A DNA stretch of 64,000 nt, from NCBI GenBank assembly GCA_951406725.2, contig OX597816.1, positions 66,712,001 through 66,776,000 of the forward strand, given 5' to 3'. How positions within the stretch are numbered: the first letter of the stretch is position 1; every line of letters starts with the position of its first letter. The stretch is from Octopus vulgaris. Lineage: Eukaryota. A model generated the notes under the pieces. That model had not been told where the DNA came from. It made no database searches and was given only the letters and a program-made list of their open reading frames with translations. Made by a program: the position numbers and the translations under genes. This document shows, in pieces, positions 39,496-53,565 of the stretch.

Positions 39496-39703
39496 GGATC
39501 TTTTCACTTTGACCGGCAGATTTTTCAAATAATTTCTATGTAACTAAACACTTTTAAACTTCGTATACTGGTAGTGTGTTACATAAAACATCAGCCAAGA
39601 GAAAAAGATGTTTTATGTAACACACTACCAGTATACGAAGTTTAAAAGTGTTTAGTTACATAGAAATTATTTTAAAAAGCTGCTGGTCAAAGTGAAAAGA
39701 TCC
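39496..39703. mobile_element. Fold-back MITE with 8-bp TSD
   Basis: 97-bp arms (39496-39592 and 39607-39703, 3 mismatches), 14-nt loop, perfect TSD atattttc. Confidence 0.92.
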
Positions 39704-41014
39704 ATATTTTCTCCCAGTCCGGACAAGTTTTACACGTGCGCACACACACACAACTTACAAGCTTCTTTTCAGTTTCTGCAAATCAAATTCTCTCACAACT
39801 CTTTGGTCAGTTTGAGTCTGTAATCAGGACACTAGCCCAAGGTTCTTAGCAGTAGAACTGAACCCAAAACCTTGTGGCTGGGAAGCAAATTTCTTAACCA
39901 TACCACCATGCTTGTGGATAACATCGGCTTTCTGTGCTGGCATGGGCATGTCCGCATACACACACACACAAATTACAAATGCTTAATAGGGCTCTCCATC
40001 AAATTCAATAATGACTACTGTCTTTAACTGTGGATCCTTAGATGATTTAAGGACAACAGCAACAGAAAGTGGAGGTACAATGGCCTAGTGGTTAGGGCAG
40101 CAGACTCGTGGTTGTAAGAACACAGTTTCGATTCCCAGACCAGGCATTGTGAGTGTTTATTAAACAAAAACACCTAAGCTCCACGAGGCTCTGGCGAAGG
40201 GGGGGGACCCCGCTGTACTCTTTCCCCACAACTTTCTCTCACTCTTTCTTCCTACTTCTGCCACAAAGCAGAGGAACCATGGTGTAACCCACTAACGTGT
40301 GATAAAACTTTCAGACCCTAGTCTAGACTGCGAATCCTCTGTACCCCAGGATGGTTCAGCTCTCCACCCGTTAAAATCCACCGTTTGAGAATAACAATGT
40401 AGCTTTCACGCCCGTGCAACTGCCAGTCTATCGTGTGTGGTGGGTGGATCTTCAAGTTGCCACACGCATTCTTAGTAGCTTAGAGTAGGCTCAAATTAGA
40501 GATTGTTCTTTGTGGATAATGGTGATATTTATTTGTTGCAGAAACACAAGATGCCCTGATTGCAACAATAGCAATGACTGTGACGGATCATCCTGAGGGC
40601 CAAGATCCCAATTGCAACAGAAGATACATGCATGATCAAGCTTTATAGTGATATTGGGGACAAGTGTGTACATTTCTCAGGATCACCATCTTCACTGTCA
40701 TGTGATCCAAGATGACTAGTGCGCCCCTCTAAACTGTAGGAGGCTGCTTGAAGTCCAGTCTGTCAGAAAACACCTTGACTCTTTAGCATCTAAACTGGCC
40801 ATATCTGGCCCAAATATTCTATTTTATGTTCAAACCAGATAGATCTAACCTCTGACACCTACATTATGCTATGCTGTAGGTGTGAGAATGATATCAACAA
40901 TTCAAAACAACGTGAATAAACAAGTATTGCATTTGATAGAATAGTCTGAATGCTAAACAGTTTTTTTTTTTTTTTTTAGTGATTATTACCCTTGCCTTTG
41001 TCAGATTTGACACA

Positions 41015-41163
41015 CCCCAAAAGCAGAAGGGCAGTACAGACAAACTTCCCTCCATCATTATGACAGTAAGTAGCCTTGTCTATACCTCACCACAAAGCAG
41101 AAGGGCAGTACAGACAAACTGCTCTCCTATCATTATGGCAGTAAGGAGCCCTATCTACACCTC
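41015..41163 (+). repeat. Two-copy 74-bp tandem duplication
   Basis: 'aaagcagaagggcagtacagacaaact' at 41020 and 41094. Confidence 0.9.
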
Positions 41164-42904
41164 TCTTAGTTATTTTGATAAGAACTATTCCCCAAATAGT
41201 CTTACAGCATGTTCATTTACCACCTCAAGTATTCTTGTCACCTGCTCTCATACACTATTGTTAGATTATCACTGACATTATATTGGGTTTCTAGCAACCA
41301 TTTGCACTAAGCTTGGATGAGTGGGGGGAGGGGTCAAGTGTAGCTGCAAATGTCTCAACTGCATGGTTGTATGAACAAGTATACAGAACACATGTGTGTG
41401 TGTGCGTGTGTGTGTGTGTGTATGTAATATGTATGTCTTCAGATGTTTACCCCTGGAACTGCTGCTCTCAACCAACATTTGGTTGAAAAGAAAACTCTCC
41501 TACTGCTAGCCTTTCAGAGAAACAAATGAGTACATTCTTCTTTGATTATTCCCAACTCTGCACCTACCATTCAAAGATCTGACACTGTCACACTTCTTAC
41601 ACTAGTTGATCTCTGAGAATATCACCTTTTCTTTCCACACACACACCCACACTCGGCATAACATCTCCAAACATTCCACCCCCACCACCACTACCACAGT
41701 TACATACACCCTATCCTATTTCTCGTTGGGATCCAGGCAGGAATTCCTGCCCTGCAATACTGTAACGGTGCCAAGTCAGTGGCTGGTGGTGGGGGGAAGA
41801 GATTTTGAAACCCACCTTACAACCCTATCCCCACCTGCGACACCAACCAGCTCTCTCTCTCTCTACTCTACATACATACACATGCACCAAACCATTTTCC
41901 CTTATCTGTCTTCTTTCTTCCTTCATAAGCACAAGCACAGCAACAACAACAACACAACCACTATCATTATTGCCCTCCTCCTCCTCCTCCTCCACATCAG
42001 CACCCTCATCATCAGCAGTACTATAACTACCATATTTTTTCTTTCTTTTTTTTCTTTTTCTATAGTTGTATTTATGCAGCTTGGCAGACAGATAGACTGG
42101 CAGCAGAACTTAAACTAGCTCTAGCTGGACATTCCAAAGATTCTTCATTCAAAATGAAATAGACCAGTGTGAGTTTAGAGGTGAAAAGAGCTTCTCACTA
42201 GCATCTACCTGCTCTCCAGTAAATTCCTCAATGGAGCAGGGAGTGGACAAGTTCTGCCATAGGAAATAGAGCAGGAGATCAAATCTCATGAGCTGTACAA
42301 GTGCAGTGGGGGTGTACAACGCAAACTTTGAAACTTTAACTGTAAACAACAAAATCAACAAATAAAATAAAATAATATAATACTCTTACTTTTTTACATG
42401 TTTCAGTTATTTGACTGTCGCCATGCTGGAACTTCAGCTTAAAGGGTATTAGTCAAAAGAAATTGCCCCCAGGACTTATTCTTTGTAAGCCTAGTACTTA
42501 TTCTATCAGTCTTTTTTGCTGAACTGCTAAGTTACAGAGACATAAACTCACCACCATCAGTTGTCAAGCAAAGGGTGGGGTGGGGAAAAACACAGCCACA
42601 AAGACACACACACATATATATATATGATGGGCTTCTTTCAGTTTCTGAAAATCCACTCACAAGGCTTTGGTCAGCCCCAGACTATAGTAGAAGGCACTTG
42701 CCTAAGGTGTCACACAGTGGGACTGAAACCAGAACCGTGTGGTTGGGAAGCAAGTTTCTTACCACACAGCCTATGTTTCTTTCAGATGGCTGTCATAACT
42801 CTTCTACTTTAACTCACGATCAAAGATCAAGTCACTCGACAAGTAAGTACAACCCTGAAATTATAAAGTTACTATGATAAATCTTCCACCACAAGGTTCA
42901 GTCT

Positions 42905-43100
42905 TTGCTGCAGTGTGGCAACTTGTGTACCTCTATGACCCTGAGAATTATGACAGCAAAGTGCAAGCTCCTGATAAGGCTGAACAGATCAAAAGATAGA
43001 GGCCAGACTAATATGGACTACTTACCCCCAGATGTAAAAATAGGAGTGTATAGGGTCACCACCCTTGCCCAGAGAAAAGAAACATTACAGAAGTATCAAT
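42905..43100 (+). mobile_element. Possible decayed RTE-clade 5' UTR
   Basis: 'tgaccctgagaattatg...aagctcctgataagg...agaggccagactaa...ggtcaccacccttgccc' resembles RTE/Expander 5' UTRs; judged from recall only. Confidence 0.4.
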
Positions 43101-43424
43101 GACAATTCAAAATCAATAAAACCTGAGAGTGGAAAGCCTTCCTTTGGGGAAACCTGATGCAGTATTGTAAAATCCAAAGGGAAAAGTAGGGATCCAACTA
43201 GAGAGAAGCAGAAAAGACAGCCCAGAGGTGAGAACAGTGAAGAAAGGTCATTGATGGCCTGTATACCTATTTCTTTACTACCCACAAGGGGCTAAACACA
43301 GAGGGGACAAACAAGGACAGACAAACGGATTAAGTCGATTACATCGACCCCAATGTGTAACTGGTGCTTAATTTATTGACCCCGAAAGGATGAAAGGCAA
43401 AGTCGGCCTTTCTTAGTAAATAAA

Positions 43425-43820
43425 TAGGCACAGGAGTGGCTGTGTGGTAAGTAGCTTGCTTACCAACCGCATGGTTCCGGGTTCAGTCCCACTACGTGGC
43501 ACCTTGAGCAAAGTGTTTTCTATTATAGCCTCGGGGTGACCAAAGCATTGTGAGTGGATTTGGTAGACGGAAACTGAAAGAAGCCTGTCGTATATATGTA
43601 TATGTTTATATATGTGTGTGTGTGTGTTTGTCCCCCTGACATATCTTGACAACCAATGCTGGTGTGTTTACATCCCTGTAACTTAGCGGTTCGGCAAAAA
43701 AAACCGATAGAATAAGTACTAGGCTTACAAAGAATAAGTCCTGGGGTCAATCTACTCGACTAAAAGGCGGTGCTCCAGCATAACCGCAGTTAAATGACAA
43801 ACAAGTGAAAGAGTAAAGAG
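43425..43820 (+). mobile_element. SINE family A
   Basis: Full-length head to tail. Confidence 0.9.
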
Positions 43821-44079
43821 TATAACATCACAGCTAACCAACCACATCTTGCAAAAGGCATAATGTCTTACCATAATACAGAATTTACAAAAATTGTATA
43901 TTGCAGAAGATCTACAAATGTGAGTTGTTGACATTTGATCATCTTTTCTTAAGGATACCATTTATCAGAAGGTACACAAGACATGCCATATGTAATGATG
44001 GTGCTGCTATGGTTCCATCAGGTGTTGAGGGCAAGGTAAAAGAACTTGAATAGAAAGTTCTGTGATTTTCTACAGCTTA

Positions 44080-44470
44080 ATCATCGTCATCGTTTAACGT
44101 CCGTTTTCCATGCTAGCATGGGTTGGACGATTTTGACTGAGGGCTGGCGAACCAGATGGCTGCACCAGGCTCCAATCTTGATCTGGCAGAGTTTCTACAG
44201 CTGGATGCCCTTCCTAACGCCAACCACTCCGAGAGTGTAGTGGGTGCTTTTTACGTTCCACCAGCATGGGGCCAGTCAGGCGGTATTGGTAACAACCTCG
44301 CTAGAATCTTTTTACACATGTCATTGGCAATGATCACGCTTGGATGGTGCTCTTGGCACCCTACTAGCACGGGCACAAGTGCCAGTAAGGCGACGCTGGT
44401 AATGATCACACTTGTATGGTGCTCTTTGCACCCCACTAGCACGGATGCCAGTCATCGAATTTGATTTTGA
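44080..44470 (-). mobile_element. SINE family D
   Basis: Core plus repeated modules. Confidence 0.85.
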
Positions 44471-44743
44471 CTTCAGGTTAATCACATTAATGTTGACACA
44501 AAATTTTTCAATATGACCTGATGGGAAGCACAATAGCCATGCAAAAATGCTTTGCTTCTAACCAACAGGAAACAACATCAACCTTTATAACAAAAAGTGA
44601 ATGTTTCCAAACAATCAACCCATCCCTGCTTGTGTGAAAAAAAAATGATGAAACCACTGTGGAAAAAAAAAAAGCCACAATACACAAGGTTTTATTCAAA
44701 GCTATTTCCTATAAAAAAAAAAGAAAAAAAAAATCAGCAACAT

Positions 44744-44776
<33 letters not shown>

Positions 44777-45212
44777 TAGGTATTAAACCTGTATGAAAAT
44801 TGTAAACCCATGAATTAAACGTGCGTGTGTGCATGCATGTGTGTATATTATTATTATTATTATTGTTGTTGTTGTCATCGTCATCATCATCATCATCAGT
44901 ACTAGCAGTGGTGGAAATACTAATCATATTCTAATACTGACTAAAACTCTGAATGCTGTGCAATGACTACTCTCCAATAGAGTTTCAAAATTTCTACAAC
45001 AGCCTTATCTGAGACCAAATAATACGAGTAACCTAATGCAACAATTAGATTGGTATGTAACTATACATCTGTCACCAGACACTATGCTAAATTGTATTTT
45101 AGCTTTGTTTTCAACAAATTCTTCCATTTTCTTCTGTTTGATTTGACAAAAAAGAAAGAAAAAATAGAAGTGACAAAAACTCAAAAACACCCAGTATTTA
45201 GCTACAAAATGT

Positions 45213-45487
45213 GTGGAGGCACATGGCCTAGTGGTTAGAGCAGTGGACTCGCAGTTGAGAGATCGCGGGTTCGAATTTCAGACCAGGCGATGTGAGTGTT
45301 TATGAGCGAAACAGCTGAGTAGAAGGTAATGGTGAACTTCTGCTGATTCTTCTGCCACAACTTTCTCTCACTCTTTCCTCCTGCATCTTGCAGCTCACCT
45401 GCGACGGACCGGCGTACCGTCCAGGTGGGGAACCTATACACCATGGAAACCGGCCCTTATGAGCCAGGCATGGCTCAAGAAGGAACT
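45213..45487 (+). mobile_element. SINE family C
   Basis: A box TGGCCTAGTGG, B box GGTTCGAATT, shared body. Confidence 0.85.
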
Positions 45488-46506
45488 TAGTTACAAAATC
45501 ACTAGCATTTCAAAACTCAGAGATAAATTTCTCCCAAGTTTAGATGAAGCATTATCCTCTTTTATGTAACACAACCAGAAAATTTAGAATACATTCCTTG
45601 CAACTTGGCAAATAAAACTATGGAATTAGTAGCAAGAGCGTAGTGTTGTAAGTTTCTTTACACGCTGGTTAAAGTATTTTGGAGTTCTTAAGGAAGACTA
45701 AGTTGTCATGCTGCAACCAGATGATGCTTCTTAGGCCTTTGTTCATGGAAAGCAGTGCATGTCATATTGCTTCTTTTTCTAAGTGTGTGCATGAGAGAGA
45801 GAAAGAGAAAGGGTGTGTGTGTGTGTGCGTGTGTATTTTGCAGATGACAGATCCTTGAGATTGAAGGCTGCACTACACAGATTATACCATGTTGGGGATG
45901 GGTAGCCAGGCTTTACTTAAAAAAAAACATAACAAAAAGAAAAATATTTACCACTGACTATTTTAAGTGAAGAATTAACTATCAGGATATTTTAAAGTCA
46001 AATCTATTATTATATATTGCTTTGAGAGCTTGGCAAATATCTTTCCTAATATAAATGACAGTGTACCCCTGTCTTCTGTATTTTGGATCTATTCCAAGGG
46101 ACTGGATTCATTCCAAGTAACTTCAGGTCGATAACTGAGATTACCGTTTTGATGGAAGTCTTTTGAAGATACATTTGCCCAGGGATGTTTGGGAATCCAG
46201 ACTAGGGAGCAGTAATCTTTTTTCAACCAGAGTTGAGGAAAATAGAACTAGATAGGCTGAAATCTTAATCAACAACTTTGTACTTACATCAATATTCAAC
46301 ATTAAAGATTTAACCAACTAGTTCAAATGAAACTACATCTGTTGGCAGATAAGTCACATAAATATTCAAACCTGTTTGCATTTCATTGAGTGATACAGCA
46401 GATACTTGGGCTAATGATCAAAGTGAGGTCTACCTTGATGACCTGAAGCCATTTCTGTGCAAATGTGCATCATGGCATTTCTGCCAGGCCAAGCATGGCA
46501 ATGCAC

Positions 46507-46992
46507 TAATCCTTTTGCTACCAGATTTCTGTTGAGATGCTTTGTGTTACTTGCAATTAATTTTAAATATATATTTCTTTATTGCCCACAAGGGGGCTAA
46601 ACACAGAGGTGACAAACAAGGACTGACAAGCGGATTAAGTCGATTACATTGACCCCAGTGCGAAACTGGCACTTTATTTATTGACCCCGAAAGGATGAAA
46701 GGCAAAGTCGACCTCGGCAGAATTTGAACTCAGAATGTAAAGACAGATGAACTACCGCTAAGCATTTCGCCCGGCACGCTAACGTGTCTGCCAGCTCGCC
46801 GCCCTTTTGCAATTAATTTTAAATATAACAAAGAACTTAGTAAAATAACTTCGTTATCATTAAGCTAGTGCTAGGAACATAAATTGTGACTAAGGTTTGG
46901 TGGAAAATTTTAATCCAGAACTTTTGAAAACAAGACATTTGCATGAGAGAGCAAGAGGCAGTTTTAGGGCTGGTTGGTATCAAAAGGGTTAA
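46507..46992. mobile_element. piggyBac-type MITE (family P2) with nested family-B SINE (~46572-46804, minus strand)
   Basis: Collinear with the uninterrupted copy at 59559-59778; SINE flanked by duplicated ttgcaattaattttaaatata. Confidence 0.85.
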
Positions 46993-47353
46993 AGTATCTA
47001 AATGTCACATCCATGTATTATTAGATTATATATAAAAACCTTTTATTAGCAAAATAGTTACTCAAGGGGCTTCAGTTCCACCACCACCACCACCATTTAT
47101 GTTTCACAGTTTTATGGCTGCGTTCATCAGACAGAATTTGTTGGGGCAGCTTTTCTGATTGCCAGATGCGCTTCATGTTGCCAACTCACACCTAATTCCA
47201 AGCAAGATATTTTCCCATGACACATTTCACACAGAAGACCAGAAACAAACAACGGCATTTGTATGATGGTGACGTTTGTTTACAACTATCATGGAATGTC
47301 AACACAAAGAGATACACGACACATAAGCACATTATGGGCTTCTCTCAGTTTCT

Positions 47354-47753
47354 TATTTCTTTACTGCCCACAAGGGGCTACACACAGAGGAGACAAACGA
47401 ATTAAGTCGATTATATCAACCCCAGTGCATAACTGGTATTTAATCTATTGACCTCGAAAGGATGAAAGGCAAAGTCGACCTCGGCGGAATTTGAACGCAG
47501 AACATAGTGGCAGACGAAATACCTATTTCTTTACTACCCACAAGGGGCTAAACACAGGGGGGACAAACAAGGACAGACAAACGGATTAAGTCGATTACAT
47601 CGACCCCAGTGCGTAACTGGTACTTAATTTATCGACCATGAAAGAATGAAAGGCAAAGTTGACCTCAGCAGAATTTGAACTCAGAACGTAACAGCAGAAG
47701 AAATATGGCTACGCGTTTCGCCCAGCGTGCTAACGATTCTACCAGCTTGCCGC
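47354..47753 (-). mobile_element. SINE family B dimer nested in a family-G SINE
   Basis: 15-bp TSD cttctctcagtttct at 47339-47353 and 47754-47768; same internal junction as the dimer at 2503. Confidence 0.9.
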
Positions 47754-49111
47754 CTTCTCTCAGTTTCTGTCTACTAAGTCCACTTACAAAGATTAGGTCA
47801 GGCTGGGGATAAGACACTTGCTTAAGGTGCACACAGTGGGATTGAAGCTGAAACCAGTTGATTGGGTAGAGAAATTCTAAACCATACAACAATATGTAGT
47901 GTATGTGTGTGTGCACGTGCATGCATGCGTGTGTGAACCATTTTGTTCAATATCATTTCATTATGATGTTAAGAAATATTATAAAACCAAATGCTGTAAA
48001 ATAAAAATTTGTTAAATGCAAGCCTCTCAACCAGAATTTTTGATAGTCATTTTCCTTATTTTTTGATAATCTGCTACACTTTTCAATTCAGTGAAATGTA
48101 TAAAAAATGTGGGGGAAATGATGAATAAAGACATTAAAATTCTTTTATTTCACAATTGTCACCCAAAATTTATTCTATATATATATATATATAGATATAC
48201 ATAGGTAATAATTTTTCACAACTATAAGTAAGGGTATCTGAGAGACACCACCATGCCGAAATAGCAGTCAAACCCTGACTCTAAAAAACCACCTAAAATG
48301 TTCATATCACACCACAAGATAAGACAGATAGACAAAATAAACTAGCAAAAAGATATTACTGGATAATTCAAGATCTTGGATTTCTAGCTTTGCTTCAAAT
48401 AAGCTCTGCTTTCGTTAGTTGAATATACCACATTAGTACATAAATACAAAAATATATATATACAGAACACATGTTATACTTACATATACGAACGTCCAAA
48501 CATACATATATATGCACGTATGTACAAGGCCAGATTTAAATTGCCCGCCAACTACCTCGTAAGCGCGATATGGTCAAAATAAACACCGCAGTGAATATAG
48601 TGACGAATTATATAAATTTATATAAATACATATATATATCTACTGTCTCCTTCATGGACATGTAACTCTAAAATTATAACACTTAAAATATGAAATAAAC
48701 AATGACAAGCAAAGAATGAAACTATAATATCTGGCAGATATAAATTAATACATTTAATATTATCTCATAAAATACTATATTTTTTCTAAAGTACTAAACC
48801 CAGAATATTTAATTCATTTCTCCTTTAACATGTTGCTTCTTTGCTGGCCTTTAACTCTTTAGCATTCAAATTACTCAGACAAATGTAATGCATGTTTATT
48901 CACCTTCTTTTGAATGAATCATGCACTAGTGGCTGTGTAGTAAGTAGCTTGCTTACCAACCACATGGTTCCGGGCTCAGCCCTACTGCATGGCACCTCAG
49001 GCAAGTGTCTTCTACTATAGCCTCAGACAGACCAAAGCCTTGTGAGTGGATTTGGTAGATGGAAACTGAAATAAGCCCATCATATATACACACACACACA
49101 CATACATATAC

Positions 49112-49153
<42 letters not shown>

Positions 49154-49351
49154 ATACATACACACATACACACAAAGTGCAGTGTGAAAGATATTTGAGG
49201 ACAAATTTATGTTTATAAAATAACAGATATATAACAGATCTGTGTGGCACCTTGGGCAAGTGTCTTCTGCTATAGCCCTGGGCTGACCGAAGTTTTGTAA
49301 TTGAAATTGGTAGGCGAAAGTTACTGCTGTGTGTGAAGGTGCTTGTGCCTT

Positions 49352-49394
<43 letters not shown>

Positions 49395-49894
49395 TTTATT
49401 TATCAAACATGCACACAAACACATTAATATGCAAAATACATACATAAAAACGTACACACATACATACATACATATGCACACACATACATACATGCATACA
49501 CACGCATGCATGCATACACACACTTACATGCAAGCATGCATATTCACACTTACATGCATGCTTACACACACTTACATGGATGCATACATACATGGGTATG
49601 TGCATGCATATGACCCACACGTGTACAAATAAACAAAAAGAACACAGCTTGAATAAGATAGTCAACAACAATTGGAAAGGTTACAAGACACAATGAAAAT
49701 TTTACAAAAATAAATAAGCAAATGAGTGGAAATTTTACCAATGAGTGTGTTAAATTATAAGGCACCAAAATAGAATGGCTCTCCCCAGACAACAGAATAT
49801 GCTTCAACACACGAACTCACATAAAGAATCTTGCAAACCAAATACAAAAATGGATTAGAAAATGAAACAAAGTCAAAATTCTATGCATGACATA

Positions 49895-50230
49895 CTTTTT
49901 TACTTGTTTCAGTCATTTGACTGCAGCCACGCTGGAGCACTGCCTTTAGTCAAGCAAATCGACCCCAGGACTTATTCTTTGTAAGCCTAGTACTTATTTT
50001 ATCGGTCCCTTTTGCTGAACCGCTAAGTTACGGGGATGTAAACACACCAGAATTGGTTGTCAAGTGATGTTGGGGGAGACAAACACAGACACATATATAA
50101 ACATATACATATATATGACGGGCCGAGGCTATAGTAGAAGACACTTGCCCAAGGTGCCACACAGTGGAACTGAACCTGGAACCATGTGGTTGGTAAGCAA
50201 GCTACTTACCACACAGCCACTCCTTCGCCT
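49895..50230 (-). mobile_element. SINE family A with internal deletion
   Basis: Match to the other family-A copies. Confidence 0.88.
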
Positions 50231-50694
50231 GAAACTTTACATTAGTCACCTTTTGTTTATGGCATTCTGAAGTTGCATTCACAAATAAGCAGTGCACGAA
50301 ATATATACTCATTTTGCATGTGTATATTCTCTCTCTCTCTCTCTTTCACACACACACACATACACACACATCTACCCATTCAATGACGAACCACTTACAG
50401 CTACTCGTTGCTAGGCAGCTATGACACCACTTTTGTTTTAGATGCAGTTCAAGTCGGAGTTTCAGTGGTAAACCAACCCAAGCACTTATTATACACACAG
50501 TTATTGCATTACATCATTAGATGGAATTTTTATAACTCTATATAATACATGTATAATTGTAAAGTTTGCTTCATAACCACAAGGTTTTAGGTTCTATCCA
50601 AATGCAGGGTATCTTGGGCTTGTGCCTTCTGCATTAGTGCTGGACTGATCAATGCCTTGTGAGTGAAACTGGTAGATGGAAATTTAATGGAAAT

Positions 50695-50728
<34 letters not shown>

Positions 50729-51928
50729 ATGTGCTTGAGTGTGTTTGTATTATTTTTTGTTTAATTTCATTTCATTATTATGTTAAGAAATATAAAACCA
50801 AATGCTGTAAAATAAAATTTGTTAAAAAGCATGCCACTCAATCTGAATTTTTGATATTCATTTTCTTTTTCTTTCCATTGTAACCTGCTACATTTTCAAT
50901 TTAGTGAAATGTATTAAAAAAAAAAAAAGGCAGGGATGATGAATAAGGATGCTAAACATTAAAATTCTCTTATTTCAAAATTGTTACCCAAGATATATAT
51001 AATAACATAATATATATATACACACACATATATATATATACATCCACTGTCTCCTTCATGGACATGTAACTAAAATTATAACAACACTTATAATATGAAA
51101 TAAACATGTGCTTGAGAGTTTAATTCTGTGTATCTTTGCATTGGTACCATTTGAGTGATGGTGATAACACATAGACCATGTAAAGATTAGTAGATTAAAA
51201 AACACCTTATTTGAAAAAATGGGTTGGCGATAGAAACGGTATCTGGTCATAAAATACTGCCACAATCTCTCATCTAACCCATGCCATCATGGAAAAGGCT
51301 GAGGTAAAAGTTATTATATATAATGCAGGTGCAGATGTAGTTGTGTGGAAGAAGTTTGTTTCTTATCCATATAGCTACGTCTACACCTATATCATTTCTA
51401 ATAATTGGTTTCGGGTTCAGTCCCACCTCGTGGAACTTTGAGCAAGTTTTTTCTACTACAACCTCAGGCTTACCAAATCCTTGCAAATGGATTTAGTAGA
51501 GGGAAACTGAAAAAAGCTCATCATGTGTGTGTATGTGTCTCTCTCTTTCTCTCTCTATATATATTCGTGTTTCCTTGTCTTGACATCATGTGATAGTTGC
51601 AAATAAATGTCACTATCATACAAGTATAACCACTCCTTTCAAATACTTTGTAAAAACATGTCTGGCAAAGGAGAAATATCTTACTTAGAAACAGGTGACT
51701 GTTGGTGAGAAGAAGGAGATCCAGCTGCAGAAAATCATTAAACTCTGTCTGACCCATACAAGCACAGAAAAGTGGAGATGATATATACATACTGTAAATC
51801 CTCGAGTATAATACGCAGGGGATTTTTAGGAGGCTGTACCTCTGAAAAACCTAAACCTTGTGTATAATACGCACCCCTTCTCTAACTTGAGTCAAGGAGG
51901 TCTATATAACGACCTTTATTATTATTGT

Positions 51929-52385
51929 GTGGAGGAGCAATGGCCCAGTGGTTAGGACAGCGGACTTGCAGTCGTAGGATCGCGGTTTCGATTCCCAGAC
52001 CGGGCATTGTGAGTGTTTATTGAGCAAAAACATCTAAAGCTCCATGAGGCTCCAGCAGGAGGTGGTGGTGAACCCTGCTGTACTCTTTCACAACTTTCTC
52101 TCACTCTTTCTTCCTGTTTCTGTTGTACCTGTATTTCAAAGGGCCAGCCTTGTCACACTCTGTGTCACGCTGAATCTCCCCAAGAACTACGTTAAGGGTA
52201 CATGTGTCTGTGGAGCACTCAGCCACTTGTACGTTAATAAATGAGCTGCGACGTCACTGGTGCCAAGCTGTATTGGCCTTTGCCTTTCCCTTGGATAACA
52301 TCGGTGGAGTAGAGAGGGGAGGCTAGTATGCGTGGGCGACTGCTGGTCTTCCATAAACAACCTTGCCCAGACTTGTACCTCGGAG
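51929..52385 (+). mobile_element. SINE with family-C head and family-E body
   Basis: Head as at 45213; 'gggccagccttgtcacactctgtgtcacgctgaatctcc' corresponds to the body of 55808-56130. Confidence 0.8.
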
Positions 52386-52755
52386 GTGCCAATGGCATGT
52401 AAAAAGCACCATTTAAGCGTGATCATTACCTGCGTTGCCTTACTGGCACGTGACAAAACATTTGAGCAAGGTCGTTGCCAGTGCCGCTGGACTGGCTCCT
52501 GTGCAGGTGACACATAAAAGGCACCATTTTGAGCATGGGCGTTGCCAGTACTGCCTAACTGTCCCTCGTGCCGGTGGCACATAAAAGCACCCACTACACT
52601 CTCGGAGTGGTTGGCATTAGGAAGGGCATCCAGCTGTAGAAACTCTGCCAGATCAGATTGGCGTCTGGTGCAGCCATCTGGTTCGCCAGTCATCAGTCAA
52701 ATCGTCCAACCCATGCTAGCATGGAAAGCAGACGTTAAACGATGATGATGATGAT
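52386..52755 (+). mobile_element. SINE family D
   Basis: Several modules, core and (GAT)n. Confidence 0.88.
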
Positions 52756-53275
52756 AACATAAATATAAATATACATACATTATCAATGTGTGTGAAAAAA
52801 ATATGAAATAGGAAGAAAACTCAAAATTCCGAACACTACACCTTCCCCAAAATTTCTTTATGTCTATAGAATCCCCCCCATCATGACACTTTTGTTCACC
52901 AGCACAACACATTTGCTTGTTGCATGACTTAGTCTCTTTACCTTGCTAAATATTATAAAAGAAAAATCAAGTAAATAAAAGCACATAAGTATATGTATTG
53001 AAAAAAAATAAAGAAGCAATACTTTTGTCACTCCATACATACACACCTGTACTAATATGACAACCATTTCAGAAATCCCAAGTTGGAGCTGTTCCACAAC
53101 TTTTTTTTTTTAAACATTGAGTTGACCTAATAAGAAATAATTCTTATCAATTCTTTTGATTGTTTGTTAGACTTAAAACAGAGGGGGGGGGGGAAAAGCT
53201 AGCAAAAACATGCGACAAGAGCAAGTAAAGTAATAAGAAGGGCAGGATAACATTCAAGATACAGATGTACTAAAG

Positions 53276-53565
53276 CAGTGGTTCCCAAACTTTTTCAGGT
53301 TGCTGCTCCCTTGGCACCCAGGCCAAGTTCCTAGTGCCTGCCCTGCACCACTCACCACCACAGACATACACCACTTGCTGCAGCAAATTCAAAACAACTG
53401 TATTTCATGAATAAAACTTAACCTAACTGACCTATTATTTTGGGGGGTTTTTTACGCCCATCACCCTCTTTTGGCTACCCCATTATCATCCCATTTTTCT
53501 TCAATGCCTCCTGGATCTTTTAACTGCCTGCAAAGGGGCAGTACTGCCCACTTTTGGAACCACTG
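53276..53565. mobile_element. hAT/Charlie-like MITE, degraded
   Basis: TIR cagtggttccc/ggaaccactg; TSD not recognisable. Confidence 0.55.

Noticed and set aside
45213-45285. tRNA gene
   Set aside because: A and B boxes are present, but there is no paired acceptor stem and it continues into a SINE body.
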